From Dipteris shenzhenensis (Eukaryota): DNA of 64,000 bases. Made by a program: the position numbers and the translations under genes. Shown piece after piece: positions 13,401-28,100 of the stretch (position 1 is the stretch's first letter; each line of letters begins with the position of its first letter). The notes below the pieces were generated by a model that was not told the DNA's origin, did no database searches, and worked only from the letters and a program-made list of their open reading frames with translations. The stretch lies in the NCBI GenBank assembly GCA_047967505.1, contig CM106538.1. One strand, written 5' to 3'.

Positions 13401-15970
13401 CATGCAACCTCATAGCATGTAGCCAAAGTGTGTTCTTCTTCATCATATCATGGAGATTGTGCTTATATCCTTCAAAATGTGCAATGGTTATGATGGCAAG
13501 ACTCAACTATTTGATTGTTGTTGGCCTCTGTTGTCCACACAAGAACCATCAATCCGCCCAAGAAACCTTTCTCCTCTTCATGTCAGGGTTGAAACCTGTT
13601 GCTACAATCTGCAAGCTAGAGGAACTGCTACCAACATGCTCTCCATCCGCCACTTCTTCTATTATGCTTAGATCACTCCCCGCATGTTGGTTATGAAGTT
13701 GAATTGATTGGCATAAGATTGCACCAATTGCCCAGGAGTAAGATGTTGATTTCCTCTTTGAAACAATAAGAGGTAGTGAACTATAAGTGCCAACTTTCAA
13801 AGGATGAATTGTACACGTGAGCAATCACAGTCACCACTCTGGTTACTCATGACTTATTTTATAATCCACCCAACTCATCGAATTGGTTTCAAAATATAAG
13901 GGTTTGAGGCAAAATCCATTTACTGGTTTGGGAAATCTTTATCCATGCAAATCAAGCCATCGAAATGTGCCCTAACCCAGATCCTCTATTATATGAAATG
14001 GGCCATCATATCTCAATTTCTTTTTTCTAGAAATTTTCCCAACTACAAAAATTTAAACCTAACACATTTGATTTTATGCTAATTAAGAGCAAGTTGTAGG
14101 TGTGGGACAAAGAGTCTCTTGCTTCAATAGGAGGTAAACAAGTTAACCAACTTAGAGTTTTTCATTGGAAGGGACATAAGAGTTTAACCCTAATGCCCAC
14201 TTTCTTCTCTTAGTGTGGTATCTATGATTCGCTCAACAAGAAATAGTTGAGGGATTCAATAACAATGTGGAAAGCAAGTTTTGCAAGAATCTAGAAAAAG
14301 AATTTACCAAGGAAACAATCATGCTTACTTTGTTGATTCTAGAAATATGCATGAAACCCTCCAATAGAAGGGTTGAAGCTCTTTTATTGGTGCAAACTGC
14401 TTTACTAATTGGACCTCAAACTATGATGTATGAATTTTTGTTATGAATTTTTTGTACTCCTTGGAGATGTGCTCTTAGAGCTCATGTAATGAATGTTATG
14501 ATAGCTTTATAATAAGAAATCAATTTAAAAACCCTCCTCTTTTTGAAAAAAGAAAAAAAGATGAAGGAATTTCATAATGGCGAAGGTGTGACCTACACAA
14601 TCACTACAACGAGCTCATCTATGAGGAACAAGATTCACAATGGAATGGATCTACAAGCTCCGCACATTGGAGGTGGCAAAAAAGATGCAATTTTATGCAG
14701 ACGATATCACTACCCTTTCCAGAATGGACAAGATTCGGACCACTTTCCCAACCGATCCATGTTCATGATCAAGTCTGCAGACGATATAGAGACTCTTGAG
14801 ACAAATCATACGACAAAGGTGATGGTGACGTGGGAGACCAAACTAGACCGGACACAAAGGCATGTGACAAACTTCTACACATTTGAGTTGGCACCAAGTC
14901 ACAGGAGGAGCTGAGTCAACTCGCGAGAAGAGAAGACAAGGAGCATTGGAGTCAAACCCAGAAAGACCATGCACAATGCATAGACAAAGCAGAGCATGCA
15001 CGATGGAGTTCCACATTATCCCCGCTCTACTCAAAGGGGACCATCAAAGTCGAGGTATCACTCTTGAGATGGCCCACCGGGTACAAAGAACACAGAGGCC
15101 ATACCTCCCACCACAGCAAAAGACGACCCGACAAAGGCAAATGCAAAAAATCCTCCTCTCACATCAGAGGACTACTGAGGCACCAAGATCATAGTTGATC
15201 ACATCTGTTGTTTGTCTTTGAATTTCTTAGTTTAGTATGCAGCAAGGGCCTTAGCGAGCACTTGCATCAGCCCATGGTAGCTTGTATGAGATACTGTACT
15301 TTTGTCTCTTAGGCCCATAAGGCCTCTTGAAGGTGTAAATATTTGTTTTTCTTCCTTTGTTTTAAGCACACTTTCAAGGGTGATCTAGTCTTACGGCTTC
15401 CTATGCACATGCAAACTAGAGCATTTGGATTCAGTCCTCATTACGAGTTGCAATGAATTTTGGTTTGGCTAGGACTGTTGACATAACCAACATTTGGTAA
15501 ATTAGTGTGATGCAAATCCATGAGCACTCAACCAGACAAAAAATAGATTTTCATAATCACCTGCCAAAAAAGGTATAGCTAGCTAAGACCATAGATTGTA
15601 GGACCTCTATCAAACTCACCTAGAAATTTCAGGAGAAAGAAGCATCATAGCCTGAATATCATCTGGAAGTTGCTTACACATCATGCCTTTGCAAGCCCAC
15701 TACTTGTTGAAAAATTACAAATCACACCAGCACTATTGCAAGCTCATGCTGACTGAACCTACTGAAGCGTCAAGTATGACCTCAGACAAGTCAAATTGTG
15801 GAGAATGTAAAAGGCTATCAGCTATTTGTATTCACTGGTTCAGTGCTCTATGATGTTATGATGCTCCTGATTGGGATCTGTGAACAGCATGCGTATTATT
15901 CTCCTTGACTGTCTTTATCCAGTCATTTTAGCCAAATGCAACCAAGCATTCGCCCCTAAATTTTGTAATG

Positions 15971-16121
15971 TCATTTCATAAAAGTACATGAAAACCATAG
16001 AAATACATAAGAAATCAAAGCAGTGAAAAGCTCCAGGCTCCAAGTGCGTGGAAATAAAGAAGTTGGGATAACTGGTACAAGAAGGGAGCCAAAAATCCAT
16101 CCAACCACAAGACCACCAAAC
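15971..16121 (-). CDS. CPP1: CPP1 exon 5 (terminal)
   Basis: Acceptor GTATTTCAG; encodes FGGLVVGW...SCTFMK then TGA at 15973-15971. Confidence 0.92.
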
Positions 16122-19100
16122 CTGAAATACACAATCAACTCTTTAAATACAGTTTCCATTTTCAAACTTATTGTAATCAAACAATACAAAAACTCCGGGC
16201 CTGCAGTGTAGTTTGTTTACCCAAGAATGAAAGCTCTTCCAATGCTTTTAAGCCTATCATTGAGAAGGTAAATGCAGGCTGCTAGGGAAACAGCCACCTG
16301 TAACAATCCTCAACAGTTACGAATTCCTGAAAATACCAAATGGCTATTCACCTATCTAAATAAATTCAATTCATTAATCTGCATCGCCTCCCCCTTAATG
16401 TCAATTAACCTAAACTAATCTATATATATACCTAGATGAATCCAGGAACATTCCCAAACTCATCCTCTAAAAAAATAATTTAGTGCAGTTTCAATCTCAC
16501 GATAGTCACTCATAAGATTGAAAACCATAAACTCCATCATGCATAGCAAGGACTAGCTACTATGACATCCCCACTGATGTCATCAGCGCCCAACAATGGG
16601 TGTAGACCACAGTATAAAAATATGCTCACACATACAAATCCACACACCCACACATACCTGAATATCCATTTATACAACTAATCTATAATCTAATTAACCT
16701 AAGCTATTCTTACCTAATTAATCTAATTAATTCACTCCCTCACCGCCTCCCTGTACCTTCGCCGCTTCCCTCGCAAGCTCGCTCAGCCTCTCCCCTCCAC
16801 TCGGTCATCTCTCTCCCTCAACTCTCTCTGTGCCTCCCCCACCCTCAAGTCTCCCTCCCCCTCATATACTCGCTCAAGGCGGCACTGCGAACCTTCTGGA
16901 TTTTTGACGATTTCTATGCATTTATTATGGGCATTCTAGACTTCTAAGAACCTTCTAGATTTCCGAGCAATTATTTTGGCCAGCATCGCTTAGCTTAATC
17001 GGGTCTATGCAAAACTTCTCCCTCCCACCTTACTTAATCGCTCTCTTGGCTGGCGCACTCTGCTTCTAATTAATCGAATTTCTTTTTCTCAATGTCGTGG
17101 GCACCTATTTTCTTGCATAGCTTTCAGTATTACTATAGCACCATCTTTGTGATCAAAAAAATGAATTCCTGAACAAACAACCAATACCTGGAATGCCGGT
17201 CCACCTTCTGCTGGGTTCATCACACTCCAAACTCCCAGAAGAGCAAAAAGAACTGCCCTCTGTAGAATGACCTGAGAAGAAGGAACCTCAAACCTATTCA
17301 ACACATTTCGCACCCATGGAGGTGACTCTGCAACTTTCTTCTTTAAATTGCTCTTCAGATTGATTTTTGACTTTTTCCTCGCCCGGAAGCTTTCCATTAG
17401 GATCTTGTCATAGGCTGCTTCGATAGACTCTCTGCTTCTCTCATGCCCTGCATATTGCTTGATAAGAAAATCATGTGCTTCCTGAATCTCCTCCTCAGAA
17501 GCATCTCGACTAACGCCTAACCGCTTATATGGATCTCGGACACCGACCCTTGGGAAAAATGCTAGGGATCCTGAAACAAACAGATCTTGTTGCAGTCCAT
17601 TAATCCTCGCGTATTACTTGCATGCATTGCTACAAATTTGATCTAGCTAATAACATGAGTTCGGAGACCTCAACGAGAGACAATTGCAAAGCCATCCATT
17701 TAAGGCATGTTAAGCACATCCTCACATATGATGGTATAGTTCCTTTTGCTTGCAATTAATATATCATGCATGTTGAAAGATGGAAGGATCTAGCATACAA
17801 TCAAAAGGTGAGGGATATAATTAAGCACGGATAATGAAGGTTATAATGCAAGGAATGTGATTATGGAGCTATGTGAACCGGTTATAAATTTATGGAAGCA
17901 AGAAGGATTATGCTTGTGAATGGACAATGGAAGATCAAAGTATGAAACGAATATTTACTATGAGATACATATGATTATTGCTTGATGATCTTTTGTACAT
18001 AAGCACATAACTCTGTTATATGGGATCATTCAATAACTTTACAAGGAATCACTTATAATGGAAATTAGAGTAAATTTATAATCAGATTGTAAGGCAAGAT
18101 TGGATTGGAGATCCCATTCCTGAACGGGTAGCATATGAGGTTAGAATTCTGGGTAAAAAATATCGCTAGCATATCATGCACGTTGAAAGATGGAAGGATC
18201 TAGCATAAATCCATTGATCAATGAGTCAGAAAATTATCTTGGAAAAACCTACACCCTTGGCTAATTTCTCCATGCAGCGGAAATAGAAATGGACAAGGAG
18301 TGTGCAATGGAGGAATCTTAGAGAGGAGAAGGGAATGCTTTAATCAAAACTTCAAACTTTCTGTGTCCACAAGAGAGAACTCACAAGCACCAAATTCAGG
18401 CGATAGACAACAGTAGAACACTCCAAAATGTCTCAGAATATACTGCACAAATCTGAGCCAAACACTCTTACAGAAAGCTTCACTAGATATCCCAAAACAT
18501 GCAGCAATTTGCTCCCCTGGATGCTCTATGGTGAGCACAAACACTGCTCCTACTTATGTCCTCGCACCCCTCAGATGGTGTGCTTCTCAGTGAACCTCAG
18601 TAACCACCCATAGTGCGAGCTCCTTGGACAGCACCCTCCTGCAGACATGTGCTCTCCTATGCACCAAGGTCTCCTCTAGAAGGTGAGGGCTGCTCCCAGT
18701 CTAAACTGCAAAACGCCCCCACAATGGGGCCTTTTTATAGAGGGCTTCAGGCCCTCCAGACTGGCCAACTAGTCTGTAAAACAGCCGACCAGCCACAAAT
18801 AGGGAGGCCGTGAGCCTTAGTAGTGGCTGCATGTATCTCCTCAGGGGGCCCTTCAGGTTCGGCTTGGTCTTGAGCAATGAGATTGGCATGGTGCTTCTCT
18901 TGTTCTTGTTCCTTCTTTTTTACGCAATAAGCCTCAACATGTCCTTTTCTTTTACAAAAATGGCAAATAATATTTTTATTGGTCTTCCCTTTGCTTGTGG
19001 CAGCAAATGCATGATCACCAGCAAAGGCAAGAATGGCATCTTTTTTACAGCGGTCCTTTTCAGTAAGTAGAGCCACCATATCATCAAACGTGGTAGTGGC

Positions 19101-22100
19101 AAGGCATAGAACTTCAAGGGTTTGCTCAAAAGGAGGTATACCTTGCATACTCTTCATAAGGACATCCATTTTATCCTCATCATCAGGCCAGCTTTTCAAG
19201 CTTAAGAGACTGAAATTTTGCTAAATGATCACTCAACTCTTCATTCTCTTCCATTTTTAAATCATAGAACTTGATATACCTTTGTAAGACTAGAATATGT
19301 CCAATCATACAAATTTAGATTTTTTGTTGTGCTTAAGTCCAAAAATCTATACAGAAAATAAAAGGGGAAACGAAAGAGAATAAAAAAGAGGTAACAAAAC
19401 TTTTTTTTAAAACAAAGGAAGACATACTTAGCAAGCAAAGCAACACTTATGCCGTCATCAGTGCCCAAGCATAAGCAGCTATACTGGGTTTCTAAAGACC
19501 CCCGGAGTCTCTTGGGCAAACTCGGTGCTTACTAAAATATGTCAAATAAACAAAAGAGAAAGAAAACAAATAAGCTCATAGAACTTGAGTTTCAAAAAGA
19601 CTTTGGAGTTGGTGATTTTGTTACCAAAAAAGCTATCAAGACGATCCCAAATCTCCTTAGCAGTTGAAATCCACATGATGAATAAGGGAGTCGGCCAAAC
19701 AAAGACCAATGAGAGCAATTGCTCTTGCATTCTGTTGCTTCCATACTTTGCATTGTTGCTGATCACTTGTATCAAAGTGGTCTTCCTCAACGACGTCCCA
19801 AACTCCTTCGCGCATAAGAAGCAATTGCATCTTTGTTTGCCAAGTTGGGAATCCTTCCCCCTTAAACTTCTTCACGAGCAAGGAACATGAAGACAAGGAA
19901 GTCACGGCGGGCAGCAAACTGAAGTGACAAGCTCACAGCCCGAAGTGAAGAACCGTCAAATAAGTCGGCTGGTCTGGGACTCCGAATGCAGCAGGAGGCT
20001 CCATGTGTGCAAGGCGGCTAATGTAGGTGCTTTTGTAGGTGTTGCAGCAGCTAGTCGGTGGCTTTAGGTGCTCCAAAGTCAAAATGCAGCAAGAGGGTGC
20101 CCCGAAATGCAGAACCAGATGAAAACGCGGCACTTGTTGACATGGGACTGCTCGGAGGTGGCTTCAAACACTTCAAAGTGCTGGAGAAGTAGCTCAAAGG
20201 TAGTCGGCTATGCAGCAGCACCACCAAAACAGTGATTTCTGACAATGGAAGGCTTCTTGTAGGAGACTATCCTCTGCATCAGCTCCAAAATGGTCCGAAT
20301 GGAGGCGGCAGCAAGTGAAGGCTCAAAGTAGTACCAAAATTGGGTCAAACCAGGTGCAAACGAATGAAAAGGAGAGGTGACTAGGAGGAGACAGATTTAG
20401 GGTTTCAGCAGATTTAGGGTTTGGGCAGATGGCGTGGCAGGATGGGTTAGGGCAGGGCCAACCTGCTCTGATACCTGTTAGAAACATGGTGTTGAAGGGG
20501 GGGAGGGGGGAGGGGAGAGAGAGAGAGTAGGCTAGGTTGAAAGATAATGATACTCAAATGAAATGACTCACATGACTAAAAGAGCTTGAGGCTTCATTTC
20601 ATCGATGTGACATGAGAAGTACAAGACTTTATAGAATAGGCACACACACTCTAGTACCAAATATATATGGGATAACTCCCAGAGTGACACGTGGTACTCA
20701 CACATAGAACTACTACTAGAACTCCCAAGTAAAACACACTGTTTGGCTATGATTTCTCCAACAAGAGGAAGAGCCCAAGAACTCACACAGTGCACTTCAA
20801 ATCTAACTTCTTTCCTTAGTGTGTACTACTTTAGATGTGCACACAGTAAATGGACAATGCACAAGAGAGAGATGTAGAACCAGCAAAATATATATCAAGC
20901 CAATGTGGACCAAATCATATACAAAAGAGGTGTCCAGTGTGCCACCCTCTATCAGCAGAGTATGACTAGATATAGAACCCAAAAGACTGTTCTCCTACGT
21001 CCAAAATACTTGGCCTGCAGTGCTCCCCTAGACCTTATGTCGGCCTCGTAAGGTGTGCCTCGCAGTCACACCTCCCTGCTGCTCCTCTAATCCTAAGGCA
21101 GTGCTTGCTGTGCTGCTACGGAGGAAGCCCAAACTGAGGAACAAGTGTCCTCCTTGATCCCATCTTCCTTTGCTGCTGTGAAGGCAGCCCTTGATGAAGA
21201 CCTGTGAGCTCCTATGTTTGCTGCAATCAGCCAATTCCCTTGCTGCACCAGCAGCCTCCTGGTTTGCTCCTTGAAGCACGTTGGGCTGCTCACAAAACTG
21301 ACTCAGTGAAGGGCTCCTTTTAGGCTGGAACCGCAGCCAACCAGTCGACTGGGTCTGTGAACTGGCCGACTAGTTCCCAGACTGGCTCAACCAATTCCAG
21401 CAGTCATTTGCTGCCCCAAGTAGCCACGTAGCAACCTGCCACTGGCCCACCACTGTCCAACTCTGTTCCAGGCCTTTCTAGGCCTTTTTCCTGGCCCATC
21501 CTCCACTCCAATCTGACGTGGGTCTGCTCCTGCTGTTCCGCCTCCATGCTAGCCCTGATCCAGCCCATTTGCAACTGGTTCAGCCCTTCCACAGGTCAGT
21601 ACACGTGCGCCCCTTGTACCTGTAGTTCCCTGGCCTGTTCTGGGCATCCTACTAGGCTCTTGCAGCACCAATGGAATGCCCAGAGATGGACCTGATGCCC
21701 CGAGACCAGATCTGCTCCAGTCAACCCTTTCCTGGACTGCCAAATGACCACCGCCTGTACCAGACTGCTGCACAATTGTTCCATACTGGTTCTGTCCACC
21801 AGATACTCTCCAAACTGCCAGGTAAGCTTCTTCCAGTTGCTGCCACATGGCAGTCCATGTGCTGACCATGTGGCAGCCTTTCTGTTCCTGCTAGACCTGC
21901 CCATGTGAGATGTAATCTAAAATCTGGTGCACCTCTCCCATGCTCTCCTCATTTGGGAGCTTGCAGGATAGGAGTTGACCCTTCCAACAGTAGCCTGTGT
22001 CACATGCGCACAAGTAGGGGGAGTAAGGGAGACTGCCACATGGGCGACGAGCAGGCTGCCAAGTGGGCAGCCCTCAAGGATCTGGTGTAGAGCTGCAGCC

Positions 22101-25100
22101 ACATGGGCTGCTGTGCAGGCCCTGGTACAGGCCCATGCTGGGCAGATGAGTTGGCATGCAGCCAGCAGGAGGCCTCACATAGATCAGAAGATGTTAGTCA
22201 GGTCAGCAGGCCTGGCTGCTGGTGAGGTCAGTAACAGGCAGTCTGTGGACCTGGTCTGGACGTGTTGGCTGGCTGACTGGATCGGCCAGTCAGTAGGTCT
22301 GGTAGGCCAGACAGGAGCCCACTGTAGAACACTGCAATATGTTTAGGACGGAGCAGCAAGCAGAGCAAGTGAGGCCTAAGGCCCCTGTTTCCCTGCTGTT
22401 GCAGGCAGCAACCAGCCCGTGTGCTGGTTGCCTATGATGCCGGCCTGAGTCTCTCTCTTTCCCCAGCCCTCCTACCTCTCACTGCCCCTTGGCCCCTCAA
22501 ATCGAGGGCTCACAGGTGGGCACAGTGAGTTTCTAACACCCCCCCTCAATGTCACAACTGTGGGCCAATCCCCATGCGTTTGGTGAGGTGCTCCATCTGT
22601 TCTCGAGGGAGTGCCTTCGTGAAGAGGTCGGACAAGTTGTCGGCGGTCGGGCAGTACATAAGCTCGATCACGTCGTCGATGATGAGCTCTCGAACAAAGT
22701 GGTAATGAACTTCGATGTGCTTGGTCCGTGCATGGTACACTGGATTCTTGGCGATGGCTATGCAACTCTGATTGTCGCACATCAGCACTGTTGCGTCCTC
22801 CTGACACACGTCCATGTCCTCCAGAATCCACCTCAACCACAGTGTCTCACAAGCTGCTGTACACGCGACTCTGTACTCTGCCTCTGTAGATGAAAGGGCC
22901 ACTGTGGGTTGCTTCTTACTCAGCCGAGAGATGGCACCAGATGCAAGTAAAAAACAATACCCTGTTGTCGATCTTCAGGTGTCAGCATCACCCGCCCAAT
23001 CACTATCACAGAACCCACCTAGTTCGATGCCTTTGGTGTAGGTGATCCTATAGGTGCAAGTACCCATTAGATACCTCAGCACCCGTAAACCTGCATCCCA
23101 ATGACTGTATAACGCCTTCTTCAACCTGCAGACCTTTAATGGGGACCCTGGATCTTGAAAGCCCGGTGGCTGCTCCACGTATACCTCCTCCTCCAGGGTT
23201 CCATTAAGGAATGCGGACTTCACGTCCATTTGAAAAATAGGCCACTAGAATTGGGCAGCAAGGGCAATCACTGTCCGCATAGTAACCATGCGGGCTGTGG
23301 GAGCAAAAGTTGCATCAAAATCCATGCCTTCAGTGTGAGCAAAACCTTTGACCACTGACCTTGCTTTATACTTATCCAAGCTGCCGTCTGATTTGTATTT
23401 AAGTTTGTATACCCACTGCCAATGACTTTCCGTCATGGGGGCCTGGCCACTAAGTCCCAGGTATTGTTCTTCAGGATAGCATCCATATGGCTCTACCTGC
23501 ATGGCAGCCTGCCATTCTGGATTGTCCTTCGCCTCCTCGAAGGTCCTTGGCTCGTCAAGCTGAGCCACCAACGCAAAATTCAGATGGGATCTTTTGAAGA
23601 CGTTAGGACCGACGCAATCCGAAACTGCTACTCTCAGGTAATTCGGTGACCCGAGACTCTTCCAATGTCCTTAGGTACCATTGGGGCAACCTTTTCTGCT
23701 TCTCAGTGGGAGGAGGAACTGGAACTGCTTCTGGAACATCCTGCTCTTCCTCAGTATCTTATGGAACATCAGCTTCTGATTTTGCCACCTTTTGGATGGT
23801 CAACCTGGGGCGGAATGGGTTCGGGGGTTAAACAATCTCCTCCTCCTCAATCTGAGGCTGCCGGAGGACATTGTGGACAAAAGAGGTGAAGTTTTAGTTG
23901 AAGCAGATGTGGATGAACTCAGTGCATGGGAGGAGAGGGATGCTCAAGCCTTAGCAATGCTTATTGGCACGACAGTAGATGCTGTGATTCCTCATATCCA
24001 GTTGGCAAAGACGTCTTCGGAGGCGTGGGCCATTCTGAAGGAGCTGTATGAAACCGATAATACAGCCCGTATCATTACTCTTCAGCATCAGCTTTATAAT
24101 CTTGATATGAATGAGGGTGATAGTGTGCATGATCATCTGACAAAGGTGAAAGTCGTGCGGGACCAGCTCGCAGCGGTTGGTCAAAAGGTGGACTCGAGTC
24201 AATTGGCGTTGCTCACACTCCACAAGTTGCCACGGAGTTTCAAAAGTTTTGTGACTACGGTCACTGCGGGTCAACGGACTAAGCCAATCACCTTTGAGGA
24301 ACTTGGCCCACTCCTGCTTCAGGAGGAGGCTCGAGAGAAACTCTTTACGCAAACCGACGAGAAGGCATTAGTGGCCAAAGACAAGCCTGGAAAAGGCAAG
24401 CCAAAGGAGTCCAAGAAGTCAGAGGACACTGACCGCAAGAAGAAAATGAAGTGCTATTACTATGAAAAGCTTGGCCACTCCGCCAAAGAATGCCGAAAGA
24501 AGAAGGCAAATCAGAAGCGGAAGAGAGAAGCCAAGAACAAAGAAGAGCCTAAGAATGATTCTGCCAATGTGACGACTGGACAGTTGTTTTTAATCAGTGA
24601 ACATTGTTCAGCATATGCAGTCAGTGAAGGTAAAAAGGGTTGGTATGTTGACAGCGGTGCTTCCAAGCACATGTCTATCAGAAGGACTTTGTTCAAAACC
24701 ATGGAAAGTACACACCCGGATTCCAAAGTTTCTGTCAGGGATAGCCGGACGTGTCCTGTGAAGGGCATCGGTAGCATTCCTTTCATTACAACCACGGGTG
24801 AGGAGAAGGATATCTCTGGAGTACTTTATGTACCCAACCTTTGCAAGAATCTACTGTCTGTAAGTCAGATGGACAAAAACAACATGGCAGTTCTCTTTCA
24901 AGATGGCAAGGTCACTGTGACATCCAAAGCAAATGGATAGATGGTGGCTCAAGGAGTTGAAGAGAACGGACTGTACCGCCTCAGTGCAATGTTGGTTCAT
25001 GAAGACAATGGAAAGTCCAAACTTTGGCATGAGCGCTTCGGTCATGTCAGCTATGGAATCTTGGCTGAAATGTCAAAGTCGAAGATGGTGGATGGACTTC

Positions 25101-28100
25101 CACCAATTACAGGCAAGGATGATGTCTGTAGGGCTTGTCTAGAAGGCAAGCAGCACAGGGATAAGTTCCCACAAGCGGCCTCGTTTCGGGCCAGCAAACC
25201 ACTTGAGTTGGTTCACGCCGACATTTGTGGCCCAATGTCTACAGCATTGTGGGCAGGATCCAGGTACTCACTTCTCTTTGTGGATGATTTCAGTAAAATG
25301 ACCTGGGTATATTGTTTGGCTAAAAAAGTCTCAGGCTTTCGAGAAGTTCAAGGACTGGAAGCCCAGAGTTGAAAAGGAGACATGGGAGGATGTCAAGACA
25401 TTCCGCACAGACAGGGGGGAGAATTCACCTCAAATGAGTTCAACACATTTTGTCGCAAGCATGGGATCAAGCAACAACTCACCACAGCACATACTTCTCA
25501 GCAAAACGGGGTAGCCGAGAGGAAGCATAGAACCACCACAGAGACACGGCTTGCTATGCTCCGAGGGAGGAACCTTTCTAAAGCCTATTGGAGTGAAGCT
25601 ATCAATACATCCGTACACATTCTCAACAGGACCAAGACGAAGGTCATCAAGGACAAGACTCCATATGAGGCATTTTATGGTAAGAAGCCCTCTATCGCTC
25701 ATCTTCGCATTTTTGATTCTAACGCATGGGTGCATGCGCACAAGGAAGACAGAGGACCAAGCTCGATTCCCGGAGCAGAAAATGTATCTTTGTTGGATAT
25801 AGCGAAGAATCCAAGGCCTATCGACTCTTCGACCCAGTAAAGAAGCAAATCCTTATCAAGGGAGGAGCCTCAGATTGAGGAGGAGGAGATTGTTCAACCC
25901 CCCGAACCCACCCCGCCCCAGGTTGACCATCCACTAGGTGGCAAAATCAGAAGCTGATGTTCCACAAGATACTCAGGAAGAGCAGGATGTTCCAGAAGCA
26001 GTTCCAGTTCCTCCTCCCACAGAGAAGCAGAAAAGGTTGCCCCTGTTAGAAAATAGGAGGGAATGAATCACTCAAACCTCCACCCAAGATCTCTCCCACT
26101 CTTCTTGACACTCAACTCAGATAACTGATCACAGATGCAATAAACACTCACTCAGAGATAACTAAAACGGAGAGAGAGAAAGAGTATATTCATCCACCGA
26201 ATGGTGGGCAGAAACTGGCTCCAAGGGAGTAATACAAAACTCAGCCAAGTGCTGAGGAGAACTGATGGAACTCTCTCTGTCAGACTGAACCAGCTCTGAG
26301 TGCAGAGCACAGCCTAGGAAGGAGGCTTTCTGTCCTGCACTGGATGCTGGAATGAAGGAAGGAGTGGGCCTTTTATAGGCACTGCCCAGGCCCTCTGGAT
26401 TGGCCGACCAGCAGGATCGGTCCCCTGTCTGGTGGCCGACCAGACTGTTCTGGAAATCCGACCAGGGTCGGCCCTGGTCGGTGGCCCTGGTTGGGCCGAC
26501 TGGCCCTGCCATAGGCCCATATAAAAGGGTGCCCTGTGCAGCCAGTCCATAGGACTGTTGACGCCTTCAAGGGAGGCACAGGGCCCCCCTATTTCTCTGC
26601 TGTTGCAGGCAGCAACCAGTCCGTGTGCTGGTTGCCTATGATGTCAGCCTGGGTCTCTCTTTCCCAGCCCTCCTACCTCTCACTGCCCCTTGTCCCCTCA
26701 AAACGGGGGCTCACAGGTGGGCACAGTGAGTCTCTAACACCCCCCCTCAATGTCACAACTGTGGGCCAATCCCCATGCGTTTGATGAGGTGCTCCATCTG
26801 TTCTCGAGGGAGTGCCTTCGTGAAGAGGTCGAACAAGTTGTCGGCGGTCGGGCAGTAGATAAGCTCGATCACGTTGTCGATGATGACCTCTCGAACAAAG
26901 TGGTAATGAACTTCGATGTGCTTGGTCCGCGCATGGTACACTGGATTCTTGGCAATAGCTATGCAACTCTGATTGTCGCACATCAGCACTGTCGCATCCT
27001 CCTGACACACGTCCATGTCCTCCAGAATCCACCTCAACCACAGTGTCTCACAAGCTGCTGTACACGCGGCTCTGTACTCTGCCTCTGTAGATGAAAGGGC
27101 CACTGTGGGTTGCTTCTTACTTAGCCAAGAGATGGCACCAGATGCAAGTAGGAAACAATACCCTGTTGTCGATCTTCTGGTGTCAGCATCACCCGCCCAA
27201 ACACTATCACAGAACCCGCCTAATTCAATGCCTTTGGTGTAGGTGATCCCATAGGTGCAAGTACCCTTCAGATACCTCAGCACCCGTAAACCTGCATCCC
27301 AATGACTCTTCCTGGGAGAAGCAGAGAACTGGCATAATAGCCCAACTGCATAACAAATATCTGGTCGAGTATTGGTAAGGTAAAGCAAACTTCCTATCAA
27401 TCGTCAATACAAGGGAGTATCAACCGGCTGAGATGTGTCGTGCACACTTAGCTTAAGCCCGACCTCCATGGGAGTGCTGTTCTGCAATCCTCCATTTGAA
27501 ATCTCTTCAGAAGTTCTCTGCAATATTTCTCCTGTGAGATGAAGATCCTGTCTTTGGCCTGCTTTACTTCAATCCCAAGGAAGTAATGTAATAACCCAAG
27601 GCATTCATCTCAAACTCAGACATGAGTAGCTCCTTGACCTGTGAAATCTTCTTGACATGATCACCTGTCAAGATAAGATCATCAACATAGAGGATGAGTA
27701 CCAGTCGCAATCCCTTCTCAATGAACAAGTAAAGGTTTGCCTCAGAAGGACTCCGATTGAGCCCTATCTTCTGAAAGAATATATCAATCCTTTGGTACCA
27801 AGCTCTGGGGGCCTGTTTCAGCCCGTATAACGCCTTCTTCAACCTGCAGACCTTTAATGGGGACCCTGGATCTTGAAAGCCCGGTGGCTGCTCCACGTAT
27901 ACCTCCTCCTCCAGGGTTCCATTAAGGAATGCGGACTTCACGTCCATTTGGAAAAAAAGGCCACTGGAATTGGGCAGCAAGAGCAATCACTGTCCGGATA
28001 GTAACCATGCAGGCTGTGGGAGAAAAAGTTGCATCAAAATCCATGCCTTCAGTTTGAGCAAAACCTTTCACCACTAACCTTGCTTTATACTTATCCAAGC

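Noticed and set aside
14520-15250. Coding-like purine-rich segment, possibly a LINE 3' remnant
   Set aside because: No diagnostic motif could be identified.
19400-19530. Possible hammerhead ribozyme: minus-strand GTT-TGCCCAAG...CTTGGGCA-CTGATGA
   Set aside because: No stem II followed by GAAA downstream of CUGAUGA, so the catalytic core is incomplete.
23792-24940. 382-aa ORF as a novel gag with a unique N-terminus
   Set aside because: The first ~23 codons are antisense read-through of element X across the deletion junction at 23859/23860.
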